Shown: in pieces, positions 10,936-19,529 of the stretch
Numbering within the stretch: the first letter of the stretch is position 1
Layout of the letters: every line of letters starts with the position of its first letter
Assembly: GCA_044229975.1 (NCBI GenBank)
Contig: JBGARZ010000001.1
Coordinates: forward strand, 256,001 to 320,000
DNA from: Polyangiales bacterium
Lineage (GTDB): Bacteria > Myxococcota_A > Polyangia > Polyangiales > Ga0077539
DNA length: 64,000 nucleotides
Reading direction: 5' to 3'
The notes under the pieces: model-generated
Told to the model about the DNA's origin: nothing
What the model saw: the letters and a program-made list of their open reading frames with translations, nothing else
Database searches by the model: none
Translations under genes and position numbers: made by a program

Positions 10936-11582
10936 CCAGCCTCCTCCCCGCCATCCTCGCCACCCTCGCCTGCGCTGCCGTCGCCACCCTCCTCGGCGCG
11001 CTGCCCGGCCTCGCCGTCGCCGTCTACCTCTCCGAGCTCGCTCCGCCCGCGTGGCGCGCCCGCGTCACTCGCCTCCTCGAAGTCGCCGCCGCCCTGCCCG
11101 GTGTCGTGCTCGGCTTCGCCGCGGTGCGCCTGCTCCCCTCGCGCGGCAGCACCCTCGCGACCGGTGCCGTGCTCGCGGTGATGATCCTGCCGACCGTCGC
11201 GCTGCTCTCCCTCGCCGCGCTTCGTGGTGCGCCCGAGTCGTTGCGCGAAGCCAGCGAAGCCCTCGGCGCGTCGTCGTGGCAGACCGCCTGGCGCATCGTC
11301 GTCCCCTCGCGCTGGCGCAACCTCGCCGCCGCTGCGTGCACCGGGTTCGCCCGCGCCGCGGGGGAGACCGTCGCCGTCCTCCTGCTCGCCGATCGCGCCG
11401 GCGGTCCGCGCACCCTCACCGCCCGCCTCATCGAGGCCCTCCCCCGCACGCCCACCCCATGGAACCACCCCTCCCTCCTCGCGATGTCCCTGGTGCTGCT
11501 CGTCCTCTCGACGGGGGTGGTGCTGCTCTCTCGTCCACCCGATCGGGGGAACGCCTCGGCCACGCCCTCCTCGCTGCACTGA
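10932..11582 (+). CDS. pstC: Phosphate ABC permease PstC-like (short)
   Basis: GTGA overlap with the phoU stop; AVYLSELAP, LEVAAALPGVVLG, VLAVMILPT, EAA loop LREASEALGASSWQT, ARAAGETVAV. Confidence 0.8.
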
Positions 11583-12283
11583 CCGCCGCCGTCGTCGTGG
11601 CCCTCTTCTCGCTCCTCGGCTGGCTCGCCGTGCGCGCCGCCGTCGAGCTCACCGCTCACCCCGCCGCCCTCGCTCCGTCTCTGCGCGCGCTCGCCCGCTC
11701 GCTGCGCCTCGGCTCTCTCGCCACCGCCCTCGCGCTCCCGCCCGGTCTCGCGCTCGGCCTCTGGCTCGCCCGCTCCACCGACGACTCCCGCGTCTCGCGC
11801 GCCGTCCGCAGCACCATCGACGCCGCTGCCGCGCTGCCCGCGGTGCTCTTCGGCGTCGTCGCGTGGGCGCTCCTCGTCGCCGCGCTGGGCCTGCGCGGAA
11901 CCACCCTCCCGCTCGCCCTCGTCCTCGCCGCGCTCAACCTCCCCGCCCTCTCCGCGCTCTGCGAGCGCTCGCTGCGCGCCGTCCCCCACGAGCTTGAAGA
12001 AGCCTCCCTCGCCCTCGGCGCATCACGCTCGCAAACCACTCTTCGGGTGAGCCTGCCGCTCGCCTCGCGCGGCATCATCGCCGCCGCGGTGCTCTGCCTC
12101 GGCCGCTGCTTCGCCGAGTGCGCGCCGTTGCTGTGCCTCGCTCCCGACGACGCCCACGCGCCGCTCACGGTCACGCTCTGGCGCTCTGCCACCAGCTCAC
12201 CCGAGGCAGCCGTTGGTGCCGCGCTGCTCGCCGCGCTCGCCCTCGCGACGAGCTCCCTCGGTCGTCGATTGCGAACGCATTGA
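11579..12283 (+). CDS. pstA: Phosphate ABC permease PstA-like (start uncertain)
   Basis: C-terminal part of ORF 11051..12283: AALPAVLFG, LRAVPHELEEASLALGASRSQTTLRVSLP, GRCFAECAPLL. PstA-like sequence seems to begin near 11530 without a canonical start codon. Confidence 0.72.
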   Translation: MTAAVVVALFSLLGWLAVRAAVELTAHPAALAPSLRALARSLRLGSLATALALPPGLALGLWLARSTDDSRVSRAVRSTIDAAAALPAVLFGVVAWALLVAALGLRGTTLPLALVLAALNLPALSALCERSLRAVPHELEEASLALGASRSQTTLRVSLPLASRGIIAAAVLCLGRCFAECAPLLCLAPDDAHAPLTVTLWRSATSSPEAAVGAALLAALALATSSLGRRLRTH

Positions 12284-12359
12284 ATGGCGTCGCGGACCGT
12301 TGCGTCCGCGGCCGAACGCGTAGAGCCTGCACCGGGTCTTCGCGCCGGAGCTCTGAGCC

Positions 12360-13175
12360 ATGGATCTCGATTTTCTCCTCCCCTGGTCGGCTCCTCTCGA
12401 AGCGGGTCGGCTGCTACGCCGCTACCACCGCTTCCTCGCCGACGTCGCGCTCGACGACGGCCGCAACGTCACCGCCCACTGCGTCAACAGCGGAACCATG
12501 GAGGGCCTCGTCCGCCCCGGCGCCCGCGTCTGGGTCTGCCCCGCCGCCGACCCCAACCGCAAGCTCCCGTACACGTGGTGCGCGATGGAGCTCGATGGCG
12601 TTCGGGTCGGCGTCGACACGGTGCTCCCCAACCGGCTCGTGAAGGCGATGCTCGAAGCGCACGCCATCCCGCGCATGGGCCCCTACGACAACGTGCGACC
12701 CGAGTACCCCCACGTCGCCAACAGCCGCGTGGACTTCCGTCTCACCGCGCCCGGCGTCGTCCACGACGTCGAGGTGAAGAACTGCCACCTCGTCTACCCC
12801 GATCGCCGCGGGTACTTCCCCGACTCGGTCAGCGTGCGCGCCACCAAGCACCTCCAGGCTCTCGTGAAGGAGAAGCGACGCGGCATCGAGGCGACGGTGA
12901 TCTTCGTGGTGCAGCGCGAGGACGCGAAGTGTGTGCGACCGAGCGACGCGCACGACCCGGCGTTTGGTGTCGCGGCGCGCAAGGCCGCCGCGGCGGGAGT
13001 GAACTTCCGTGCGCTGCGCGCGACGCCCACCGACGAGGGCGTGCGGGTGCTCGGAACCATCCCCGTCGACCTCGGCGAGTACAACGCCGACCGGCACATC
13101 AAGTGGCGCGCCGAGCTGCGACCCCACTCCGGGTGGGAGCGACCGAAGCGCTCTGATCCGCCACCCCCGGCCTGA
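12360..13175 (+). CDS. sfsA: DNA/RNA nuclease SfsA
   Basis: RRYHRFLADV, AHCVNSGTMEGL, RKLPYTW, SRVDFRL, VEVKN, FPDSVSVRATKHL, FVVQR. Confidence 0.93.
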   Translation: MDLDFLLPWSAPLEAGRLLRRYHRFLADVALDDGRNVTAHCVNSGTMEGLVRPGARVWVCPAADPNRKLPYTWCAMELDGVRVGVDTVLPNRLVKAMLEAHAIPRMGPYDNVRPEYPHVANSRVDFRLTAPGVVHDVEVKNCHLVYPDRRGYFPDSVSVRATKHLQALVKEKRRGIEATVIFVVQREDAKCVRPSDAHDPAFGVAARKAAAAGVNFRALRATPTDEGVRVLGTIPVDLGEYNADRHIKWRAELRPHSGWERPKRSDPPPPA

Positions 13176-13178
13176 GGC

Positions 13179-13925
13179 TCAACGCCAGGCGCGCACCTGC
13201 TCCGCGAGCCACGGACCGTCGTCGACGGCGAGGTCGTGACCCGCGGCCGGGTGCATCGCCAACGGGACGTCGAGGTGCTTCGCGAGGCGCTCACCGCACA
13301 CCGGATGGGCGAGCACGTCGCGCGCGGCGGCCACCACCAGGGTCTTCGGCGCGAGCCTCTTCGGTGAGCGGAAGCGCGTGCCCGCCACGAGCTGTCGCAC
13401 CAGCGTCGAGATCGGGGTCGGGCGGTCTTGGCGGAAACGGGACCAGTCGCGCGCGATGAGGTCGAGGTCGGGCGCGAGGCGCGTGGTGAAACCCAGCACG
13501 ATGCGCTCGCGGAGCACGTCGTCGTCGGTGCGCGCGGCGGCGACGATCTGCGGGACGATGGCGAGGTCCATGCGTTCCCAGGGCTTCGCGAGGTCACCGG
13601 CGGAGGTGTTGACCAGCACCACGCGGTTGAAGTCGTCGGGGTGGTCGGAGGCCCACTGCATCGAGATCATGCCGCCGAGGGAGATGCCGAGGAGGTTCCA
13701 GTCGCCGGGGTGCTCGTCGCGGAGGCGCAGCCAGCGCTCGCGGGTGTCCTCCATGATGGCCCGGATGGTGGCGGGCGACCTGCGCGCATACTCGGTGCCG
13801 ACGCCGGGGTAGTCGATGCCATGCGTGGTGACGTCGCCGAGGGTCTCGGCGAAGACGGCGGGGAAGCGATGCCAGTGACGTTGCTCGCGGGCGAGGCCGC
13901 GGAGGAGGAGCCAGCGTTGTTGCAT
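13179..13925 (-). CDS. Alpha/beta-fold hydrolase
   Basis: LLRGLAREQRHW oxyanion region, nucleophile elbow GISLGG, Asp (ARDVL) and His (AGHDL). Confidence 0.88.
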   Translation of the reverse strand: MQQRWLLLRGLAREQRHWHRFPAVFAETLGDVTTHGIDYPGVGTEYARRSPATIRAIMEDTRERWLRLRDEHPGDWNLLGISLGGMISMQWASDHPDDFNRVVLVNTSAGDLAKPWERMDLAIVPQIVAAARTDDDVLRERIVLGFTTRLAPDLDLIARDWSRFRQDRPTPISTLVRQLVAGTRFRSPKRLAPKTLVVAAARDVLAHPVCGERLAKHLDVPLAMHPAAGHDLAVDDGPWLAEQVRAWR

Positions 13926-13934
13926 CGGCGGGTC

Positions 13935-14465
13935 TTAGCGACGGGGGGAGGCGGTCGGCCCGGTGGGGGGAGTGGGCGGAACGGCGCGGACGGCACCGCC
14001 GACCTCCATGCGCGGGTCATTGTGACCGAGCGGTGCGGGAGGTGGCGGTGGTGGCGCTGGGGTCGGGTCGACGTTCATGGGACCGCCCGCGGTGTGCGGC
14101 GGTTGCGCGGGTGGCGGCTGCGGGAGCACCGGCGCGACGCCACCGCTGGGCGCGATGGGCTGCTCTGGTGGCGGCGGCGGCACCTGCGGATTGACCACCG
14201 GCATGGCGCCCGCGGGAACGAGGTCGACAGGAGCGGGCGCGTCGATGAGCCCGAGGCCGATGCCGACTTCCCGCAGCGCATCACCGAAGCGGCCGTTGCC
14301 CACGGCGCGGGCGGCGTTGTGGCCGTGCGACGAGAGGCGATCACCGCGGGCGACGCTGCCGTCCTGTGGGCCGCATCCCTCGACGGCGACGCCGCTTGCG
14401 AGGAGGGCCGCGAGGCTGGGGAGCGCGGAGCTGCGGAGGGCGGTGCGGGGTCGGCGTTGGTTCAT
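13935..14465 (-). CDS. Pro-rich putative lipoprotein, paralog A
   Basis: MNQRRPRTALRSSALPSLAALLASGVAVEGC signal, IGIGLGL motif, Pro-rich tail; clear paralog at 14980..15528. Confidence 0.7.
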   Translation of the reverse strand: MNQRRPRTALRSSALPSLAALLASGVAVEGCGPQDGSVARGDRLSSHGHNAARAVGNGRFGDALREVGIGLGLIDAPAPVDLVPAGAMPVVNPQVPPPPPEQPIAPSGGVAPVLPQPPPAQPPHTAGGPMNVDPTPAPPPPPPAPLGHNDPRMEVGGAVRAVPPTPPTGPTASPRR

Positions 14466-14478
14466 GGCGGTGTCACCC

Positions 14479-14509
14479 TTCGACGCAGGACGGAGGCGTC
14501 GATCTTGGC
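14479..14509 (-). promoter_or_regulatory. Conserved upstream element, ECF-promoter-like (copy A)
   Basis: Minus strand GCCAAGATC-N16-GTCGAA; the same bipartite motif lies upstream of paralog B. Confidence 0.45.
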
Positions 14510-14549
14510 GCCACTCGGGGGCCGGTGGCAATCGCGGCCGGGGTCGAAC

Positions 14550-14951
14550 TCACCCGAAGCGGGCGCCCATGGACTCGGCGCGGCTGAGGATGCCGGCCTC
14601 GTCGGACGGTTCCCACCCGAGGCCGATGACCCTTCGCTCGGCCCACGCGTCCCACACCTCCGCGGGGACCTCCACGCTGCCGCGGTTGCCTCCGACCTCG
14701 ATGGCCCGCGGGCCCGCGAAGGAGATGACGTCACCGAGCAGGTCGGCGTCTTCGTCGAGGGCCGAGCGGGGGATGGAGACGTAGTCGGCGATGGCGTTGG
14801 TGGTCGGGTCGATGGAGCGCACACGCGGCAGCTCGAAGGCTTCGGCCGCGGTGAGGTCGCGCACGCGCGGTTCGAGCGAGCCGTCGCTCCAACGCCAGCC
14901 GTCGGGGTGGCGAACGAGCAGGCCGCCCATCGCGCTCAGGGGAGGTGCCAT
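14550..14951 (-). CDS. Hypothetical protein
   Basis: 133-aa ORF with protein-like composition filling the gap between the two paralogs; no family recognised. Confidence 0.6.
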   Translation of the reverse strand: MAPPLSAMGGLLVRHPDGWRWSDGSLEPRVRDLTAAEAFELPRVRSIDPTTNAIADYVSIPRSALDEDADLLGDVISFAGPRAIEVGGNRGSVEVPAEVWDAWAERRVIGLGWEPSDEAGILSRAESMGARFG

Positions 14952-14979
14952 GTGAAGTCTCGGTGGGTCGGTTGGGGGT

Positions 14980-15528
14980 TCAGAGCGGGTCGTCGTGGTC
15001 GGGGCGTACGGCGGTCATGCCACCGCGCGGGTTGATGCGCGGAGGGGGCTGATGCGGCGTGCGCGGAGGCGGAGGCGGTGTGACCTGAGTGGGCATCGGC
15101 GCACCCGCGGGAGCAATCGGCGGAGGGGGTGGCGTCGGAGGCGTCGGGTCGACGTGGCGGATGCCGCCATCGACCTCCTGCGAGCGCGGGTCAGGGGGCT
15201 CCGGGGTCACCGGCGCGGGGGCGCCACCCATGGGCATCGCCACGGGCTCGGTGCGCACGACGGGCGCCTCACCCGGCGCCTGGATGCGCGTCTCCGTGGG
15301 CTCGCGCACAAGGCCCAGCCCGATGCCGATGTGCGTCGCGGCCTCGCCCGGTCGCCGACCGTCGAACTCCCGCGCGGCCCGCTGCCCCTCGTCGGTGAGC
15401 CGTCGTTGGCGCTGGGCGCTCTTCGCGGCGTCGTCGCAGCCGTCGAGGGCCACGCCGCTCGCGAGGAGCGCCGCGAGGCTGGGGAGTGCGGTGCTCTGGG
15501 CGGCGGTGCGAGGACGACGGGGTGTCAT
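14980..15528 (-). CDS. Pro-rich putative lipoprotein, paralog B
   Basis: MTPRRPRTAAQSTALPSLAALLASGVALDGC signal, IGIGLGL motif, Pro-rich tail. Confidence 0.7.
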   Translation of the reverse strand: MTPRRPRTAAQSTALPSLAALLASGVALDGCDDAAKSAQRQRRLTDEGQRAAREFDGRRPGEAATHIGIGLGLVREPTETRIQAPGEAPVVRTEPVAMPMGGAPAPVTPEPPDPRSQEVDGGIRHVDPTPPTPPPPPIAPAGAPMPTQVTPPPPPRTPHQPPPRINPRGGMTAVRPDHDDPL

Positions 15529-15539
15529 GGGGAGTGCCT

Positions 15540-15569
15540 TTCGACCGGCGGGCCGAGGGCGATCCTGGC
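15540..15569 (-). promoter_or_regulatory. Conserved upstream element, ECF-promoter-like (copy B)
   Basis: Minus strand GCCAGGATC-N15-GTCGAA. Confidence 0.45.
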
Positions 15570-15595
15570 CCGGTCTGCGGGCCTTGGCAATCGGG

Positions 15596-16879
15596 TCAGC
15601 GCGGTCGGTACATGCGCCCGATGCGCCGCTCGGGGTCGTCGCGGTCGAGCAGCACCAGCGTCGCGTAGAACGCCCACTCCAGCGGCTTCATCGCGAGGTA
15701 CACGGCGTCGGCCATCCACACGCGGGTGATGTACCGGCTCACGGGCAAACCGAGGCGGTCGTAGACCCGGCGCGCGAGGCGACCGAAGCGCGGCCAGCGC
15801 GTGTGCAGCAGGTCTTCGAAGGCGTTGGCGACGGCGAGCTGGCGGTTGACCACGATGGGGTGACCGTTGCGTTCGCCGAGGCGCTCGGGGCGGACGAGGC
15901 CGGGCGTTCCGCGGGCGGCGACGGTGCAGAGGTAGTGGCAATCGTTGACGACGATGTGCTCGACGGGGAGGCGCGAGAGCGCGTGGCCGCAGGTCTCGGT
16001 GAACACGTCGAGGGCGGCCGCGGGACGACGATGCACGACGGCCATCACGACGGCATAGGCGCCCGCGACCACGGGCGCGGTGAACAGCCCCGCGAGAAAG
16101 GTCGGCACGTGCACCGGGGCGTCGGCGGTGGCCGGGACGTCGAGGTCGGGCGCGGTGCGATAGACGGCCTCCGGCGCGACGGCGGCCTTGGTGAGCGCGT
16201 CGGCGCCACGGCGACGCAGGCGATCGATGAGCTCGCGGAGGTAGAGGGCGACGGTGACGAAGGGCGCGACGAGCGGCAGCGTGACGGGGAAGACCAGGAG
16301 CCCCCAGAGCAGGTCGGCGGTCTGCACCACGATGACGCCCTGAAGCGCGATGCCGACGAAGAGCAACCCATGAACGAGCGCCTCGGCCGGCGCAGGGAGC
16401 TTCTCGGGTCGGTTGCGCGACGCCGCGAAGGCGAGGGCCGTGAGCGCGTGCAGCGCCACGAAGGCGACGATGCCGCGCGCCCCGAACACCCTGAACAACT
16501 CGGGACTCGGGTCGCAGCTCGTGGTGCGGCACTCCGCGCCGAGCGTCTGGTTGAGCCCGAGGCCCCACACCGGAAGCACCGCGAGCGCGAGCACCTGGAG
16601 CGCGACGAGAAACTTCCGCCGACCGTGGTCGCGGACATGCTGATAGCCGCGCAGGGTGAGCACGACCCACGTCACGAAGACCGCGATCGCGGTCAGCAGG
16701 CCAATGAGGCCCGTGACATCGCGCATGACGGGCCGGCCCATGCCCGCGGCGGTGCCCAGCATCGTGACACCGGCGACCAGGGCGATGCCGATGGGCGCGC
16801 CGTAGCCGGTCGTGACCAGTGCCGCGATGCCGAGGTCGACGGCGCTCGCCCATGCCCCGCGCGATGATCGCTCGCTCAT
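15596..16879 (-). CDS. DUF6688-like membrane protein
   Basis: About seven TM segments plus a C-terminal DCHYLCTVAARG...VNRQLAVANAFEDLL...RRVYDRLG...YLAMKPLEW domain. ATG at 16879 is preceded by a TACCGT -10-like hexamer. Confidence 0.75.
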   Translation of the reverse strand: MSERSSRGAWASAVDLGIAALVTTGYGAPIGIALVAGVTMLGTAAGMGRPVMRDVTGLIGLLTAIAVFVTWVVLTLRGYQHVRDHGRRKFLVALQVLALAVLPVWGLGLNQTLGAECRTTSCDPSPELFRVFGARGIVAFVALHALTALAFAASRNRPEKLPAPAEALVHGLLFVGIALQGVIVVQTADLLWGLLVFPVTLPLVAPFVTVALYLRELIDRLRRRGADALTKAAVAPEAVYRTAPDLDVPATADAPVHVPTFLAGLFTAPVVAGAYAVVMAVVHRRPAAALDVFTETCGHALSRLPVEHIVVNDCHYLCTVAARGTPGLVRPERLGERNGHPIVVNRQLAVANAFEDLLHTRWPRFGRLARRVYDRLGLPVSRYITRVWMADAVYLAMKPLEWAFYATLVLLDRDDPERRIGRMYRPR

Positions 16880-16934
16880 GGGGACACGGTACGCCGAGAA
16901 GGGCACTGAGTTCATCTCCGAGGACGGTCGATGG

Positions 16935-18578
16935 TCAGGGGAGCAGACCGAGCGGTCGTCGCGGGTCGATGGCCGGTGGGCTCTCGGGGCCCGCCGCGAG
17001 CGGGGTCGCCACGCCATAGTTGCGGTCGATCTGGTTGCGGAGGCGCTGCTCCGCCCGGTACCAGGCGCGGCGCGTGGGGTCGTCGGTGCAGGTCGCGAGC
17101 TCGGGGCTCCCGGCGGGCGCGCCCCAGCGCAGCTCGACGCACTGGTACGGGTCGAAGGACAGCGCGAAGAGGCGGTCGAGCACCGTCGCGAGCGGTAGCG
17201 TGACGGCCGCGCCCGAGGTGCTCACGTAGCGGGTCACGCAGCCGGGGCGAGCGCTCTCTTCGTTCCAGGCGGCGCGCAGATTCTCCATCAGCGAGGCGTC
17301 GGTCGTGCGAGCCGCGATGGTGTCGTGGAGCTCGCGCACGGCGGCCTTGAGTCGGGCGTCGCGCGACGGCGTCGACCAGGTCTCCCAGTCGCCGGTGGTG
17401 CCGTAGATGTTCCAGGGGAGCGCGGGCGGATGTGGACGTTGATGGATGCCCGCGGTGATGGCCGCATCGACGGCTTCGGCGCGATCGGCCACGTCGCGAC
17501 AGAGGGACGCCACCTGCTCGCGGAGCTCGCGCACGGGGTCGATGACAGCGTCCGCGGCGGCGAGGCGCTGGCGCACCCACTGGTGATACGTGACGCGGGA
17601 CACTCCACCGTCGGCGGGGACGGCGGGCTGCCAGGCCGAGCGGTTCCATTGGGAGTCGCCGTCGAAGCGAGGGAGCTCGGCGTTGGTGGCGCGCGTGAGA
17701 TGGGCGCCGTCCCAGCGCTGCGGGCGGAAGTCCTGAAAGCCGCCGCCGAGGCGACGCGTCCCGATGGCGAAGGCTTCGCCGAAGCGCTTGTAGGTGAGCG
17801 ACCCGTCGGGGTGTCCATCGATGAGGTACACGGCGCCGTCGGCGCGCACCTCGATGACCACCAGCACATGTCCGTTGGGGTCGTAGTAGGCGGCGCCGGG
17901 GCGAACGCCCGCGCGATCGATGACGGGCGGATAGAGGTCGCCGCCGACCACGTCGGGTGCGACGCGGTACATGCCCGAGTGGATGTCGTCGACCATGGCG
18001 TTCATGACGGCGCGGGGGGTGCGAAACTCCGTCCACGCGCGCCAGCGATCGGGTCGCACGCGCAGCATGTAGCGGGGGTCGTCGCCGTAGCCGCGCACCC
18101 GCGCGACGTAGCCGAAGGGCAGCCGACGCTTGAAGGCGAAGTACGCACGCAGGATGAACGGCAGGTCGGCGCAGTCGACGGTGAGCGCGAGGCGACGGTC
18201 GGCCGAGGCGTCGAAGAGGGTGTTGATGGCGGGGTCGCGGAGGCACTGGTCGAGGCGACGACAGCGGCGCTCGGCGATGGCGGCGCCGAGGCGCGCGACG
18301 AAGGCGGAGTACTCGTCCTCCATGCGGTCGTTCCAGGTGTTGACCGCGGGCCAGACGTCGCGAATCGGGAGGTCGAGGGTGGAGCGGCCCGGCGGGGGTT
18401 CCGGGGCAGCCGCGACATCGGGAAGTGCGGGCTCGGGGAGGTCTTCGACGGCGGCGTCGGGCGGGTCGTCGACGAGCGTGACGTCGGGCAGCGAGAGGTC
18501 GAGGGGCGACTCGTTGACCACGCGAGGGCGCTGACAGGCAACCAGGGCGAGCGACAACAGCAGGGCGTACGGCTTCAC
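16935..18578 (-). CDS. Conserved hypothetical lipoprotein with possible Cys-His-Asp (papain/NlpC-like) triad
   Basis: Lipobox LVAC after a GTG start; motifs VDCADL, NGHVLVV, YLIDGHPD; C-terminal WETWSTPSRDARLK and LSFDPYQCVELRWG. Confidence 0.7.
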   Translation of the reverse strand: MKPYALLLSLALVACQRPRVVNESPLDLSLPDVTLVDDPPDAAVEDLPEPALPDVAAAPEPPPGRSTLDLPIRDVWPAVNTWNDRMEDEYSAFVARLGAAIAERRCRRLDQCLRDPAINTLFDASADRRLALTVDCADLPFILRAYFAFKRRLPFGYVARVRGYGDDPRYMLRVRPDRWRAWTEFRTPRAVMNAMVDDIHSGMYRVAPDVVGGDLYPPVIDRAGVRPGAAYYDPNGHVLVVIEVRADGAVYLIDGHPDGSLTYKRFGEAFAIGTRRLGGGFQDFRPQRWDGAHLTRATNAELPRFDGDSQWNRSAWQPAVPADGGVSRVTYHQWVRQRLAAADAVIDPVRELREQVASLCRDVADRAEAVDAAITAGIHQRPHPPALPWNIYGTTGDWETWSTPSRDARLKAAVRELHDTIAARTTDASLMENLRAAWNEESARPGCVTRYVSTSGAAVTLPLATVLDRLFALSFDPYQCVELRWGAPAGSPELATCTDDPTRRAWYRAEQRLRNQIDRNYGVATPLAAGPESPPAIDPRRPLGLLP

Positions 18579-18613
18579 TTGCCTGGAAGGCCCGTCTGTT
18601 TTAGTGAAGGCCC

Positions 18614-19528
18614 GTGGAGATTGATCGCTCACGTTGGACCCACCTGAAGGCGCTGGAGGCGGAGAGCATCCACATCATCCGGGAGGTGGCGGCGGAGTTC
18701 GCCAACCCGGTGATGCTCTACTCCATCGGCAAGGACTCGGCCGTGATGTTGCGGCTGGCGCTCAAGGCCTTCCACCCCGCGCCGCTGCCGTTCCCGCTCC
18801 TGCACGTCGACACCACGTGGAAGTTCCGCGCGATGATCGAGTTTCGCGATCGGTTCACCAAGGAGCTCGGGCTCGACCTGCGCGTCCACACGAACCAGCT
18901 CGGCGTCGCGCAGGGGATCAACCCCTTCGACCACGGCAGCAACAAGTACACGACCATCATGAAGACCCACGCGCTGCTCCAGGCGCTCGAAGCCGGCGGC
19001 TTCGACGCGGCCTTCGGCGGGGCGCGGCGCGACGAGGAGAAGTCGCGCGCCAAGGAGCGGGTGTATTCGTTCAGAGACTCGCACGGGCAGTGGGACCCGA
19101 AGAGCCAGCGCCCCGAGCTGTGGAACCTCTACAACGGCCGCGTGAAGAAGGGCGAAAGCATCCGCGCGTTTCCCCTCTCCAACTGGACCGAGCTCGACGT
19201 CTGGCAATACATCTACCTGGAGGGCATCCCGATCGTTCCGTTGTACTTCGCGGCCGAGCGGCCGGTGGTGGAGCGGGAGGGCGCGCTCATCATGGTCGAC
19301 GACGACCGGATGCGGCTGCGGCCCGGCGAGAAGCCCGTGATGCGGAGCGTGCGGTTTCGCACGCTGGGCTGCTACCCGTTGAGCGGCGCGGTGCCGTCGA
19401 CGGCGACGACGCTCCCCGAGATCATTCAAGAGATGCTGCTCGCGCGGAGCTCGGAGCGGCAGGGGCGCCTCATCGATCATGATGAAGAAGCGTCCATGGA
19501 ACTGAAGAAGCGCGAAGGCTACTTCTGA
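18614..19528 (+). CDS. cysD: Sulfate adenylyltransferase subunit 2
   Basis: [63 protein letters not shown]. Confidence 0.97.
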   Translation: MEIDRSRWTHLKALEAESIHIIREVAAEFANPVMLYSIGKDSAVMLRLALKAFHPAPLPFPLLHVDTTWKFRAMIEFRDRFTKELGLDLRVHTNQLGVAQGINPFDHGSNKYTTIMKTHALLQALEAGGFDAAFGGARRDEEKSRAKERVYSFRDSHGQWDPKSQRPELWNLYNGRVKKGESIRAFPLSNWTELDVWQYIYLEGIPIVPLYFAAERPVVEREGALIMVDDDRMRLRPGEKPVMRSVRFRTLGCYPLSGAVPSTATTLPEIIQEMLLARSSERQGRLIDHDEEASMELKKREGYF

Positions 19529-19529
19529 C

